Assembly: GCA_963663165.1 (NCBI GenBank)
Contig: OY760175.1
Coordinates: 3,808,001-3,872,000, forward strand
Reading direction: 5' to 3'
DNA length: 64,000 nucleotides
Source of the DNA: an uncultured Desulfospira sp.
Lineage (GTDB): Bacteria; Desulfobacterota; Desulfobacteria; Desulfobacterales; Desulfobacteraceae
Shown in pieces: positions 1 to 9,092 of this stretch; within the stretch, counting starts at the first letter, position 1, and each line of letters begins with the position of its first letter. A program made the translations under genes and the position numbers. Below the pieces are notes generated by a model. It did not search any database. It saw nothing but the letters and a program-made list of their open reading frames with translations, and had not been told where the DNA came from.

Positions 1-530
1 CCCAGACCATGGCCGGCGGCGCTTGCCTCTGGTCCCATTCCATACGAAATGTCCAGGTGAGCGGCAATACCATGACCGCCGCAGCCGGTGCCCACGGGAT
101 TATGGTCAGCGGCGGAAAGCTTGTGGTAGACGGGGGCAGCATCATTGCCCCGGGGGCTTATACCAGCGCGGCTCTTGGCGCCGGCCCCTCATCCGGCGGA
201 ACCGTTGGGTTTCTGGATGTCAGCAATATGGAACTGATCTCCGGAGCGGTCAACCCGGGGGATGACGGATACATCAAGCTGACCGGCAACACATTCTCCA
301 ATGCAACCGTCCATGACGTGGAGGCCGGCCGGCTGATCAATGATCCCATGGACAACGGTAACAGCGGGCTGAACCCTGATGAGGATATTGTGGGCTGTCT
401 CATCGACTGGAATGAGGATGACCACCATTGTCCGGATTATCCGCCTGATTGCGACCAGTGGGATGAAGACGAGAAAGAGTGCGGGTGCGGGCAGGACGGA
501 ATCGCACCGCCCAGCGAGCCGGGAATTTAA
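1..530 (+). CDS. C-terminal part of a probable secreted parallel beta-helix protein with an acidic Cys-rich tail (5' end outside window)
   Basis: Frame is open from the window start; 'VQVSGNTM', 'KLTGNTFS' beta-helix-like repeats; tail DDHHCPDYPPDCDQWDEDEKECGCG. Confidence 0.5.
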   Translation, partial: QTMAGGACLWSHSIRNVQVSGNTMTAAAGAHGIMVSGGKLVVDGGSIIAPGAYTSAALGAGPSSGGTVGFLDVSNMELISGAVNPGDDGYIKLTGNTFSNATVHDVEAGRLINDPMDNGNSGLNPDEDIVGCLIDWNEDDHHCPDYPPDCDQWDEDEKECGCGQDGIAPPSEPGI

Positions 531-772
531 AAACTTCGTAAAATATCCGGAATAGACTGCTGGGGGCCATGTCCCCAATTTCTGTTTATTCTCCATGCGC
601 TGGTTGACAAAAAGGATGTTCCTATCCTACATTGGATTTAATGTTTGACTGCCAATCGACCTTATGCATCTTGGAAATTGAACGGGTAAGGAAATCACAA
701 GGTCCTTTCATGCCATAGGTTTTCGCAGAGGAAGCAGGACAGGATTCGCCTTCCAAACTCAAGGAGGATTTT

Positions 773-1357
773 ATGAGAAAAAGAATGGTTTCCGTTGCAC
801 TGATTTTTTTTATTGGATTATCGCTTACCGGGTGTCCTAAACAGTCAAGCACATCGACAGCCACGAAAAGCGCACTTGAAAGTCAGATCAAAAGCATTAA
901 ACAGATGCTCACCGAGATTAAGGCGGAAATTGCCAAGCACCAAAACAATATCGAGAATATGAGAAACATACTGAGAAACGCGCAGCAAACCGGCACGACA
1001 CCGAACGTCGGCGGCTTGAAAGAGTATGCCAATGCCGCCGGGGAACGGACCCCAGCTTACCACCAGGCGCCGCCCTGGAAGCAGGATCTGATCGATAAAT
1101 TTGAAAATATGCACGTGTTTAATGCGATGGATGCTGCAGCCCTGGGTGCCGCGACAACGGATGGTAATGTTGAGGAAGTATATATTAAGGTTGAGATTAG
1201 GCGGACCAGCAGGTTTATCAGAATGCTTGAAGTGCTGGCAACACGGCAGGGAGAGGTCCTGGCACAGGCTGAAGCAGACCTCCAGCGCATCAACGAAACG
1301 GCAGCCCCATCTTCCACAACGACGGCTGACGAGGGGTTAAGCGATGGCGGATATTAG
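773..1357 (+). CDS. Hypothetical lipoprotein, coiled-coil
   Basis: AAGGAGG SD; signal peptide with lipobox LTGC. Confidence 0.7.
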   Translation: MRKRMVSVALIFFIGLSLTGCPKQSSTSTATKSALESQIKSIKQMLTEIKAEIAKHQNNIENMRNILRNAQQTGTTPNVGGLKEYANAAGERTPAYHQAPPWKQDLIDKFENMHVFNAMDAAALGAATTDGNVEEVYIKVEIRRTSRFIRMLEVLATRQGEVLAQAEADLQRINETAAPSSTTTADEGLSDGGY

Positions 1358-1481
1358 GGTGCATCTTGGGGGCTCATGGCATAGCAGGCTGATCAGCGGC
1401 TGGAAAAGGCACCTGGACTTCGCCGCCGGATGGGTTTTCACTATCTGCCCACGATTAAATCATTTTCAAAGCGAGGAGAAT

Positions 1482-2093
1482 ATGAAGGGCTTTAAGGTCT
1501 TGATCCTGTTGATGTGTATCGCCTTTATGGCCATACCGGGTGTGCAGGCCGAACCCGGGTGGCAGATGCAATCAATTGCTGACTTTAACGTTGCATTTTG
1601 CCGAAAAGCGGATGCCTCAGGCCTCAGCGTCTACTTTACCCCTTCGGGCGCGGTCTGGGTGTGTGTGATATTGCCGGAAGGGACAGAAAAAGTTGATCTT
1701 TCCCGGCCCATTGAGGTGCGGGTGGATCAAAGCGAACCCTTTTTAAGCTCACAAGATGCTCTGCAGCCTGAGCAGACGGCGGTGGCCTGGCAGATTAAAG
1801 AACCGGGAAGCGGCATCATCAACGGATCGCTCCTGGATCACCTGATGAAAGGCAGCTTAGCCCATGTAAGCGGCCATGTCTCTGGCGGGCACAGGGTTAA
1901 GATGACGGTCCCGCTTAACGGGTCAAGGGATGCCATTGAGAGCCTGTTGTCCATGCGGATGAAGAACCAGTTTTCTGATGTTCCTGCTACCAATGTTTCT
2001 CCTCCTGCCAATATTTCTCCACCGCCGGCTACGCCCGTTGTGCCCCCTAATGCTTCCCGTGTTCGCCGCATGCCAAGGGCGGGGAATCTCTGA
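1482..2093 (+). CDS. Hypothetical secreted protein with Pro-rich tail
   Basis: GAGGAG SD before ATG 1482; signal peptide MKGFKVLILL...VQA. Confidence 0.65.
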   Translation: MKGFKVLILLMCIAFMAIPGVQAEPGWQMQSIADFNVAFCRKADASGLSVYFTPSGAVWVCVILPEGTEKVDLSRPIEVRVDQSEPFLSSQDALQPEQTAVAWQIKEPGSGIINGSLLDHLMKGSLAHVSGHVSGGHRVKMTVPLNGSRDAIESLLSMRMKNQFSDVPATNVSPPANISPPPATPVVPPNASRVRRMPRAGNL

Positions 2094-2096
2094 AAT

Positions 2097-2150
2097 AAAA
2101 AAAGCACCCCCCGACAGGCACAACACATTGCGCCTGTCGGGGGCATATTT
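2097..2150. terminator. Intrinsic terminator hairpin between convergent genes
   Basis: cccccgacaggc...gcctgtcggggg stem preceded by an A-run. Confidence 0.7.
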
Positions 2151-2200
2151 CAAATATGATAACTTCCCGTTATCCGTAGAATAGAAAAAATATCCCCGTA

Positions 2201-2953
2201 CTAATCTGATTTTAAGGCATCCATGTTAAAGGTTAAGGATGTCCCGTACCAGATGATCTGCCTGTCTTTTACCGGCACCTCGATTTTAGCACTGATTAAC
2301 TGGAAATTTTTATCAGACAGTGTAACGGAAAAACGGTCATCGGTCTTTACCGTTGTGAGTTTCTGGGCACCGCTGGCCTGGGTCAGGGCGGCCTCATGTA
2401 TCTGCTGCCCCATAAAATAAAGCCGGACCTGCAGAGACTCGCCCTTGGCCAGTGCTGCCGGATTTTTTAACGGCACGATTTCAAACCGTTGATTCAACGG
2501 TTCCGTGACCCACGGATGCCAGCTCTCTATATGTTTCATGAACTTATAGGAGTGGCCCTCTTTGACCACATCCTTCAGGCCGGTGATTCTTTTGTTTTGC
2601 CAGCCCTGGGTTGTGTGCATCCAGTATTTGTTATAAACCAGGGCCGTTAAAACGCTGAAGGGCTGCTGAACTTCCAGATAGGCTCCGGCACTTTCCGGCT
2701 TCCATCCAATGCTGACGGGAAGCCATTTTTTGTTTTCAAGGTGTCCGGCCGCCTGAACAACCCGCTCCGGCTCATAGGGGTCGCCTTGGGCAACCCCTTC
2801 CACCATGTGCCCCATCACAATTTCGAACCCTTTTTCCTGTGACCCGTCCAGCCACCAGTCATGGGCCATGGCCGCCGGCACGGATAAACACAGCAGAGCC
2901 GAAACCATTACCGGGATCACAACGGCTTGAAACAAACCATTCTTATTTTTCAT
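2201..2953 (-). CDS. DUF4198/NikM-like periplasmic metal-uptake protein
   Basis: Signal peptide followed by A-H-D-W-W (N-terminal His); 'RFEIVPLKNP...GESLQVRLYF' motif; downstream of a TonB receptor. Confidence 0.75.
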   Translation of the reverse strand: MKNKNGLFQAVVIPVMVSALLCLSVPAAMAHDWWLDGSQEKGFEIVMGHMVEGVAQGDPYEPERVVQAAGHLENKKWLPVSIGWKPESAGAYLEVQQPFSVLTALVYNKYWMHTTQGWQNKRITGLKDVVKEGHSYKFMKHIESWHPWVTEPLNQRFEIVPLKNPAALAKGESLQVRLYFMGQQIHEAALTQASGAQKLTTVKTDDRFSVTLSDKNFQLISAKIEVPVKDRQIIWYGTSLTFNMDALKSD

Positions 2954-2975
2954 GATTCCACCTAATTTTTGAGTA

Positions 2976-5036
2976 TCAGAATGTATACTTAACGGTCAGT
3001 TGAAGATATCTGCCATCGCTGCCTGAGTATTGATTGTACCCGCTCCAGTTGCTGACATATTCTGAATAGGTTTCATCAAACAGGTTTTTCACATCAAACG
3101 AAATGGTCCACTGATCGGAAAACGTATGGGCGATTTTAAGGTCAACCACATCGTATCCCCCGTAACTATCGGTATTATCACTTCGGGTATACCATTTTCC
3201 CACCTTGTTATACCAGACGCGCAACGAGGTGTTGGTGGGGAATATATACTCAACCCCCAGCTTTAAGATTGATTCCGGTATGGCAGAGACATGGTTGCCG
3301 TAATATGATTTGCTATCATCTTCATAGGTGGCTTCCTGGTAGGTATAGGCCCCGAAAAACTGGAGATTTTCCAACGGCATCAGGTTTATCTCGATTTCGT
3401 GCCCTTTCCGGACCGTTTCCCCCTGGTAGCTATAGCCCCATTCGTTGGCGATGCTGTCATAAGTACCGGTGATTTCATCATCATTTACACTGTAAAAATA
3501 AGCATAACGAATCATAATCTGTTCAATGGGGCTGGCCTTGATTCCGCCTTCATACTGGATAAAATTGCTTTCATCGGGTGCGTCTGAGGCATATTTGGCT
3601 TCATTTTTGGGCAGCTGAAACCCAGTCCCGACATTAGCGTATATGCTGTAATTGGGCAAAAATGTATAAATCACGCCCGCGCTGTATGTCCAGATATTAT
3701 AATCGCTGAGGTCCATGGAGATGTCTGTCAGCCGGTTGGTGAAATCACCGTCAAATGTGTCAAAACGGCCCCCCGCAAACAGGCGCAGCATCTCAGACGG
3801 ATCCCAGTTGGCCTTGGCGTATATCCCGAAATTGAAAAGGTTGTAATCGTAATCCCTGGACTGAGAATCCCGGTGCTGGCTGGTGGTATTGTATTTTGTT
3901 TCATCCGTGTCATAATTTCTGTAATCAAATCCAACATCAAACCGCAGGTTCTGGCCTTGTGCCATGGGCATATCATACCCGAGGTTCATCAAGGCACCAT
4001 AAACGTTGTGTTCAAAATGGCCTTCGGTCTGATTGCCGCCGTATGTTGAGAACCGGCTGTAGTCCACATCCTGATACCAGAATTTGAACGTCAGGGGCGT
4101 GTTCTCATTGATATCCCAGTCCGCATGCAGCTGAATTTCAGCCATATCCGTATATCCGCCGTCATCATCCATTACCGACTGGGTGGGATCGGCCTCCCAC
4201 TCAGGTTCCGTCAGGTATCCGGCAGCATCCCAGTCCGCAGAAAACGCATGGGCGATCAGGCCGATCTGAAGGTCCTGGCTTGGGCGGTAGAACCACTTGC
4301 CGTATATATTCTGACGTTCATAGTCGCTGCTATCCCGGTATCCTTCCGTATCATAGGCCTCCACGACATAAACCTGGTTGAATTTGTTATCAAAATGTTC
4401 GGAACCAATGCTGGCAAATCCCTTTTTGGTATCAAAACTGCCATAGGCCAGTTTGGCTGTTCCAAAATCTCCGCGCTTGCGGGTGTTGAAGTGAACGCTG
4501 CCAGCCCTGCACCAGTTACCGTATTGGGCGTCAATGGGGCCTTTAACAACTTCAATGCTTTCAATGTCGTCAACACTTAGCTGGGTTAAATCCGCAGCAC
4601 CATCGGCCGGGCCGAACGGATAGTTGTAGGGAATTCCGTCAATGGTGATCAGGGTATGCTGCCCGTGTCCGCCGGTACCAAAGCCCCTCATGGTAAACCC
4701 ATTTGGAACGCTCCCCGAATTGTAATCCCCGACTGCAAATCCGGGAACGATCCGCAAAATATCCAGCGCAGTATCGGCTTCCTGTTTAGCGATTTCATCC
4801 TCTCCGATGATATCCACTGAACCGGGCAGGTCCGCAGAATGGTTAACTTTCTTTGCTTTTACCGTCATGTCGCCGATATTCATGATCACCTGGTTTTTTT
4901 CCTCATCCGTGTCCAAGGCCTCCTGAGCCTGGCTGGTTGAAGTATCTTCAGCAGCTACCGCAAAAGGACCGGCAACAAGAATACCTGCAATAATTAAAAT
5001 CCACATCCGCAGCAACCAGCTAGCTGTACCTTTCAT
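2976..5036 (-). CDS. TonB-dependent receptor
   Basis: Plug motifs 'DIESIEVVKGP', 'LITIDGIP'; C-terminal 'KNLFDETY...KYTF'; AAGGAG SD before ATG 5036. Confidence 0.92.
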   Translation of the reverse strand: MKGTASWLLRMWILIIAGILVAGPFAVAAEDTSTSQAQEALDTDEEKNQVIMNIGDMTVKAKKVNHSADLPGSVDIIGEDEIAKQEADTALDILRIVPGFAVGDYNSGSVPNGFTMRGFGTGGHGQHTLITIDGIPYNYPFGPADGAADLTQLSVDDIESIEVVKGPIDAQYGNWCRAGSVHFNTRKRGDFGTAKLAYGSFDTKKGFASIGSEHFDNKFNQVYVVEAYDTEGYRDSSDYERQNIYGKWFYRPSQDLQIGLIAHAFSADWDAAGYLTEPEWEADPTQSVMDDDGGYTDMAEIQLHADWDINENTPLTFKFWYQDVDYSRFSTYGGNQTEGHFEHNVYGALMNLGYDMPMAQGQNLRFDVGFDYRNYDTDETKYNTTSQHRDSQSRDYDYNLFNFGIYAKANWDPSEMLRLFAGGRFDTFDGDFTNRLTDISMDLSDYNIWTYSAGVIYTFLPNYSIYANVGTGFQLPKNEAKYASDAPDESNFIQYEGGIKASPIEQIMIRYAYFYSVNDDEITGTYDSIANEWGYSYQGETVRKGHEIEINLMPLENLQFFGAYTYQEATYEDDSKSYYGNHVSAIPESILKLGVEYIFPTNTSLRVWYNKVGKWYTRSDNTDSYGGYDVVDLKIAHTFSDQWTISFDVKNLFDETYSEYVSNWSGYNQYSGSDGRYLQLTVKYTF

Positions 5037-5121
5037 CACATAGATCTCCTTTTCTAAAAAAAATCGCATTTGAATAACTTTAACGGAGTAACTGTTTGAA
5101 AATAAGCCCTTTTCCACAAAT

Positions 5122-5179
5122 AAAAAAAAGCCATAAAGATCAACAGGATTCAGCCTGCCTGTTACCTTCATGGCTTTTT
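5122..5179 (-). terminator. Leader hairpin plus U-run upstream of the TonB receptor (possible attenuator)
   Basis: Minus strand aaagccatgaagg-aacagg...cctgtt-atctttatggcttt followed by T8; minus-strand TTGACA at 5266-5271 lies upstream. Confidence 0.6.
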
Positions 5180-5280
5180 GAATATACGGATTCTACGCTT
5201 ATTTTATGATTTTACTTCTTCTTCGTGAAGAGAATTGGCCCCCGTTTAGCCAATAGTTTTTACTTTGTCAATACATTTTG

Positions 5281-5456
5281 TCAGAGTAGGGGGTCAAGAG
5301 TAGGGGGTCAAACCTTGATTATAGCATTATGTGTCAGAGTAGGGGGTCAAACCTTGATTATAGCATTATGTGCCGACATGGATTATAAATGGGGGCTATT
5401 ACTGCTCGCATACATATGCGGCTAATGCCAAAGGACAATAATCAAGGTTTGACCCC
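5281..5456. repeat. REP-like element: 39-bp-period tandem repeat plus 19-bp inverted repeat
   Basis: agagtagggggtcaaaccttgattatagcattatgtg at 5297 and 5336, partial copy at 5281; ataatcaaggtttgacccc at 5438-5456. Confidence 0.8.
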
Positions 5457-5473
5457 TTCTCACTTCTCACTGC

Positions 5474-6361
5474 TTAGAAAGAGCCTTCTTCCCAGGCCAC
5501 CAGCCTTACGAATCCGCCGTCAGCCATTTCACAGCGGAAGGGGAATGCGGCAATGATCATCCGTTTGCCGGTCACCGCATCAATATCGCCGCCTGCGTTC
5601 TCAACGGTAATCACGCCGGCCTGCATGTACATCCGGTGGCAGGGTTCATAATCGGGGAATTCCACATCCGGGTCTTTGCCGGTTGCTTTGCGGTATGCCT
5701 TGTCCAGCCACGGCATCTGCTCTTTGAGGGGGTAGTGCCAGAGCGGAGAATCTGTGGCGCCCCAGGTGCCTGAGATCCCTTTGATTTTCTTGTCATGGAT
5801 CAGGTATTCGGCAATTTCAGGCCCCATGCCGGGATAGTAGTTGTAATATTTATCGTTATTGATTCTCCAATAATCTTGGAAACCGGTGTTGATCACCACC
5901 CAGTCATTTTCCCGGATATCCAGGCCGTCTTTTGCACAGGCTTTGTCCACATCTTCGGGCATGATGATTTTCCACAAATCGGGTTCAAAACCGGTTTTCC
6001 AGGTCGCCTCAAACTCCTCTTTTAAATGACGCATATCCAGAATGACGCCGGTCCCCACGCAGTACTCTAACGGCAGCTCATTGAGTGAATACCCGTTGCG
6101 CTCACGGTCCACTTCCTCTTCATGGAGGACATGGTTGGGGGCATCCATATGGGTGCCGGCATGGAGGGTGCCGGTATAGGTCATGGTCCGCTTATGGAAA
6201 CGGCCCAGATACTGTCCTCTCGGGAATGCAAGGTCCTGGCGAGGTCCGGGGAAAGGCCATAACGGCGTATCAACTCCCCAGGGTTGAGAAAGATCATAAA
6301 TCTTGGTCATTTTGTTTTTGTCAAGGTACATTCTGCTTTTATCTAGCGGCATATATGCCAT
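5474..6361 (-). CDS. Cyclase-family (kynurenine formamidase-like) metal hydrolase; candidate ring-opening cyclohydrolase
   Basis: HAGTHMDAPNH (HxGTHxDxPxH) motif; C-terminal 'HR...VENAGG...FP.R...DGGFVRLVA'. Confidence 0.85.
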   Translation of the reverse strand: MAYMPLDKSRMYLDKNKMTKIYDLSQPWGVDTPLWPFPGPRQDLAFPRGQYLGRFHKRTMTYTGTLHAGTHMDAPNHVLHEEEVDRERNGYSLNELPLEYCVGTGVILDMRHLKEEFEATWKTGFEPDLWKIIMPEDVDKACAKDGLDIRENDWVVINTGFQDYWRINNDKYYNYYPGMGPEIAEYLIHDKKIKGISGTWGATDSPLWHYPLKEQMPWLDKAYRKATGKDPDVEFPDYEPCHRMYMQAGVITVENAGGDIDAVTGKRMIIAAFPFRCEMADGGFVRLVAWEEGSF

Positions 6362-6585
6362 GGCTTCTGTCTCCTTTTATTTTATTCTAGTTGAAACCGG
6401 CCAAAGCCGGCGGCCAAGAAGATACGGTTTTGTATATATTGTGGGCCGGTATTTCATATTCTCAAATATATAGGACGGAAATATATGTCAAGAAAAAAAA
6501 CATTTTTGTGCAAAATTTATGGTTTTAGGCCAAAAATTTAGAAAAATTAATTGACATATTACCGATAATTTGCAACATTGCGCCA

Positions 6586-7503
6586 ATGAATAATACTGAT
6601 CTAAAATTGATGAAAGAACTCCAAAAAAATGGGGCGGTTAGCTACTCAGAACTGTCCACCATACTTGGGGTTACCCCGAAAACTGTGGGCAAACGGGTTG
6701 AAAAGCTGATCCAGTCGAGGATCATATCGGTCAGGGCACAGCCGAACCCTTACAAACTCGGGCTGTCCGCCTGTGCCATTGTGGCCATTAAAGCCAATGC
6801 CACCGCCGTTGAAGGAATATGTGATCATCTGGCCGGCTTCTTTCATGTTAATCTGGTTCAGGTCTTTTTCGGAAGATTTGATATCATGGCCATTGTCTAT
6901 TTTCCCGATTTTGAGATGCTGCATCAGTTTATTGATAATGAGTTGTATACCATCGAAGGCGTCACCCAGCTCGAACTATTCTTTGTCCATGAAATTTTCA
7001 AACGGTATGATCGTTTTTTTAAAAAAGAACCGTTCCAGAAAGAACCGGTAAAATTATCCCAGAACGACTGGGAGCTTATTTCAGAACTGTCCAAAGACGG
7101 GCGTTTAAACCCTTCTGTCCTGGCTGAAAAACTCGGCATCCATGTAACCACGGTCTACCGCAGAATCTCGGCTTTAACCGAAGGGGATATTATTAAAATA
7201 AGCGGGGTGCCCAACCCGCTGAAGTTTGCTTACTCGGCCAGTGCTTATATAATGTTGGACGTCAATCCCAATAATGTACAGCAGATCTGTAAAAAACTGC
7301 TCCCTTATAAGGAAGTTCATTTCATCATGACACTGGGCAGGCGGTCAGGAATGATTATCTGTGTTCATTCCACGGATACGGCATCGCTGCATCAGTTTCT
7401 TCAAAAGGTGATCATCCCCTTAGACGGTATCATTGATACGGAAACCTTAATCGGGGCATCGGTGAAAAAAACATATTACGGATGGCTGATCGGAATCGGA
7501 TAG
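6586..7503 (+). CDS. Tandem-duplicated Lrp/AsnC family regulator
   Basis: Two HTH-AsnC plus ligand-binding units (DLKLMKELQKNG...; DWELISELSKDGR...). Confidence 0.88.
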   Translation: MNNTDLKLMKELQKNGAVSYSELSTILGVTPKTVGKRVEKLIQSRIISVRAQPNPYKLGLSACAIVAIKANATAVEGICDHLAGFFHVNLVQVFFGRFDIMAIVYFPDFEMLHQFIDNELYTIEGVTQLELFFVHEIFKRYDRFFKKEPFQKEPVKLSQNDWELISELSKDGRLNPSVLAEKLGIHVTTVYRRISALTEGDIIKISGVPNPLKFAYSASAYIMLDVNPNNVQQICKKLLPYKEVHFIMTLGRRSGMIICVHSTDTASLHQFLQKVIIPLDGIIDTETLIGASVKKTYYGWLIGIG

Positions 7504-7513
7504 GCGGCCCTGC

Positions 7514-7697
7514 ATAACGGCCACGGGCCGCCTTGGTTATCCAACCGAGAGCCGCCCACAACGAATAAGGAAAGTCTTCTCAGGACGTTAGTGAGACTTT
7601 TATATAACGGCCACGGGCCGTCTTGGTTATCCAACCAAGAACCGCCCACAACAAATATTGAAAGTCTTATCAGGATGTTAGTGAGACTTTCATATAA
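7514..7697 (+). repeat. Two tandem copies of a ~90-bp structured repeat
   Basis: ataacggccacgggccg...ttagtgagacttt at 7514 and 7604; third copy inverted at 20846-20942. Confidence 0.85.
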
Positions 7698-7810
7698 AAC
7701 GAAATACCGGCGTCTGCATTTTTTTAAGGCAGATGCCCAGGCTATAGACAAGCCCCGGCAGGGGTTAATTTTAATTAACAGAATGCAAATGACTAGGAGG
7801 CTTAAGGAAT

Positions 7811-8137
7811 ATGAAAGTTGTCAAAAATGCACAAGGTACGCCTTACGAAGCGCCTAAACATTTTGGTGTTTACGGAATTCAAAAATTTGTAGAAGAATCA
7901 AAACGGGTCAAGGTATTTTACTCATACTTTCAACCCAACGGCGGGGCTGACATGTCCGGGTCCCCCACCGAAAAAATATACTATCTGGTCAGCGGCAGTA
8001 TTACCGTAAAAGGCACATCAGAAGAACACGTTATGAACCAGGGCGATATCATTTTTATCGACGCCGGCGAAGAACGTGAAATCACCATCAACGACGGCAA
8101 ACCGGCCGAGCTGCTGGTGTTTATTATCACGCCTTAA
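7811..8137 (+). CDS. Cupin domain protein
   Basis: 'EKIYYLVSGSITV...GDIIFIDAGEER' cupin motifs. Confidence 0.85.
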   Translation: MKVVKNAQGTPYEAPKHFGVYGIQKFVEESKRVKVFYSYFQPNGGADMSGSPTEKIYYLVSGSITVKGTSEEHVMNQGDIIFIDAGEEREITINDGKPAELLVFIITP

Positions 8138-8188
8138 CAGAGGTTTAACAAAGCGTAACCATTCAACAAATATTGAAAAGGATGACCA

Positions 8189-8956
8189 ATGACAGATATA
8201 TTCAGATTAGACAATAAAGTCGCTGTGGTTATCGGTGGGGCCGGCGGAATCGGAGAAGCCTGTTCTGTTGGACTGGCAAAACAGGGCGCCACCACCATTA
8301 TTGCCAGCCGGAACCTGGAAAAGGTTCAGGCCGTTGCCGATGACATCGCATCCAAAACCGGGGCCACAACCGGCGCCTTTCAGGTGGATGCCACGGATGA
8401 AGCCAGCGTCACCAAGCTGGCCGCAGATATTGCCGAAAAATACGGCAAAATAGACATCCTGGTCAACACCCACGGCATGAACAAAAAAGGCGCGCCCCTG
8501 GAATTTGACATGAATGACTGGGACCACTTGTTTTCCGTCAACGTCAAAGGGGTCATGATGGCCTGCCGGGCCTTTGCCAAATACATGATTGACCAGGGAA
8601 AAGGCAAAATCATTAACATGTCCTCTGTCCGGGGCATCCGGGGCACCGGCGGCGGCAATGTGGCCTATGGTGCCACCAAAGGCGCCGTAGACATGATCAC
8701 CCGTATGCTGGCTGCCGAATGGGCACCGTACAACATCAATGTCAATGCCATGGCCCCCTCTCTGGTCCTGACAGACACCATTAAAAAAGCCGTGGCCCCG
8801 GACCGCCTGGAAATGCTGGCCAAAAGCAGCCTTTTCAAACGCCTGGGCACCCCGGAGGAAATGGCAGGGGCCTGTGTGTTCCTGGCCTCTGAGGCATCAG
8901 ATTTCATGACCGGCCAGATTCTTTATGTAGACGGCGGACTGACAGCTGTGGGATAG
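8189..8956 (+). CDS. SDR oxidoreductase, phloroglucinol-reductase-like
   Basis: GGAGGIG, YGATK; atypical 'LVNTHGMN' in place of NNAG. Confidence 0.85.
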   Translation: MTDIFRLDNKVAVVIGGAGGIGEACSVGLAKQGATTIIASRNLEKVQAVADDIASKTGATTGAFQVDATDEASVTKLAADIAEKYGKIDILVNTHGMNKKGAPLEFDMNDWDHLFSVNVKGVMMACRAFAKYMIDQGKGKIINMSSVRGIRGTGGGNVAYGATKGAVDMITRMLAAEWAPYNINVNAMAPSLVLTDTIKKAVAPDRLEMLAKSSLFKRLGTPEEMAGACVFLASEASDFMTGQILYVDGGLTAVG

Positions 8957-9092
8957 AAACACACCTGCCTTGCGTAACTTAAGTTCTTAACCATTGTCCT
9001 GATTGCCCCATGGGTTGGTAAAATTCAACCCCCAGGGTCATCAGGACAATGGTGTTGCATTGGACAATCTTATAATATAAGGAGAAGGGTTC

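Noticed and set aside
1344..1481. Extended N-termini from the ORF track (also 5171, 18847, 33669, 60495)
   Set aside because: Downstream ATGs have better SD sites, signal peptides or operon junctions
5040..5280. Cobalamin riboswitch upstream of the TonB receptor
   Set aside because: Conserved B12-box and GGGAA/GCCACTG cores not seen
5281..5372. CRISPR array
   Set aside because: Repeats are adjacent with no unique spacers, and there are no cas genes
7514..7697. CRISPR array or coding ORFs (7476..7751, 7591..7857)
   Set aside because: The whole 90-bp unit repeats with no spacer; the ORFs are just translations of the repeat
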